From an uncultured Actinomycetes bacterium (GTDB lineage Bacteria; Actinomycetota; Thermoleophilia; UBA2241), in assembly GCA_963725665.1 (NCBI GenBank), contig CAVRZA010000011.1, positions 553,914 to 617,913 of the forward strand: DNA of 64,000 nucleotides. Direction: 5' to 3'. Below, in pieces: positions 63,808 through 64,000 of the stretch (position 1 is its first letter; each line of letters starts with the position of its first letter). The translations under genes were made by a program, and so were the position numbers. The notes beneath the pieces are model-generated. The model worked only from the letters and a program-made list of their open reading frames with translations. It was not told where the DNA came from and did not search any database.

Positions 63808-64000
63808 CCGGCCGGTGAAGTGTACCACCGGACCATCCCGTCGAGCTGGGTTGCAGTTGCGCCGCGACGGCACGGTGGTAGCGTTTGGCTGCAGCAGGGA
63901 TCGCTTGGGGGAGTCCTCTCGCGACTCGCACGGCCGCCACGCTCGGCTGCGAGGCCGTGGGCAGGGCGGTCCCAACGGGGTGCAATCGGGGGCGACCAAG

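Noticed and set aside
63592-63999. 135-aa minus ORF
   Set aside because: It spans the tRNA-Lys gene and has junk composition.

Overview
This is a high-GC (roughly 68-70% by eye) bacterial chromosomal segment. Gene content (MshD-like GNATs, CeoB/C-like TrkA pair, many GTG starts, one apparently leaderless gene) suggests an Actinomycetota-like organism, but that is inference. All product calls come from reading motifs by eye; no database search was run.

I support about 60 protein genes and two tRNAs (Glu-UUC, Lys-UUU). I saw no rRNA, CRISPR array, transposase, integrase or phage genes.

Layout:
- 1-7.6 kb: secreted C5-epimerase-like protein, MBL hydrolase, DUF488, NmrA-like protein, aminotransferase, non-Pyl MttB-family methyltransferase.
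- 7.7-28.7 kb: a cation-homeostasis supercluster. It holds two TrkA-like genes, a P-type ATPase, a stand-alone KdpD-N/Usp gene, two divergent paralogous kdp operons (kdpF'FABC on the minus strand, kdpF'FACB on the plus strand), a cNMP/CBS/DUF294 nucleotidyltransferase, kdpE, and a convergent KdpD-like kinase.
- 29-47 kb: DEAD-box helicase, a ychF-GNAT-FAD oxidoreductase-GNAT-oxoprolinase operon, PAP2, ACT/DUF711, rlmN, galT.
- 48-51 kb: rpmH-rnpA-yidD-yidC-jag, without dnaA next to it.
- 51-64 kb: lipoproteins, nfo, an ECF sigma/anti-sigma pair, a GGDEF gene, an M20 peptidase, an aminotransferase.

Main finding: a 66-bp composite promoter occurs five times with base-exact spacing. It has four phased CTTyAy half-sites (spacing 6-5-6-15-6-5-6), then N8-GGG and a TAnnnT -10 box. 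The copies sit in front of the kdp-2 operon, the DUF294 gene and three small membrane-protein genes, one of which precedes the kinase. I read this as a candidate KdpE-type regulon with undescribed members.

Second point: about 26 single-nucleotide indels are packed into 8.5-13.5 kb, against about 10 in the other 59 kb. This looks more like a local assembly or polishing problem than gene decay and should be checked first.
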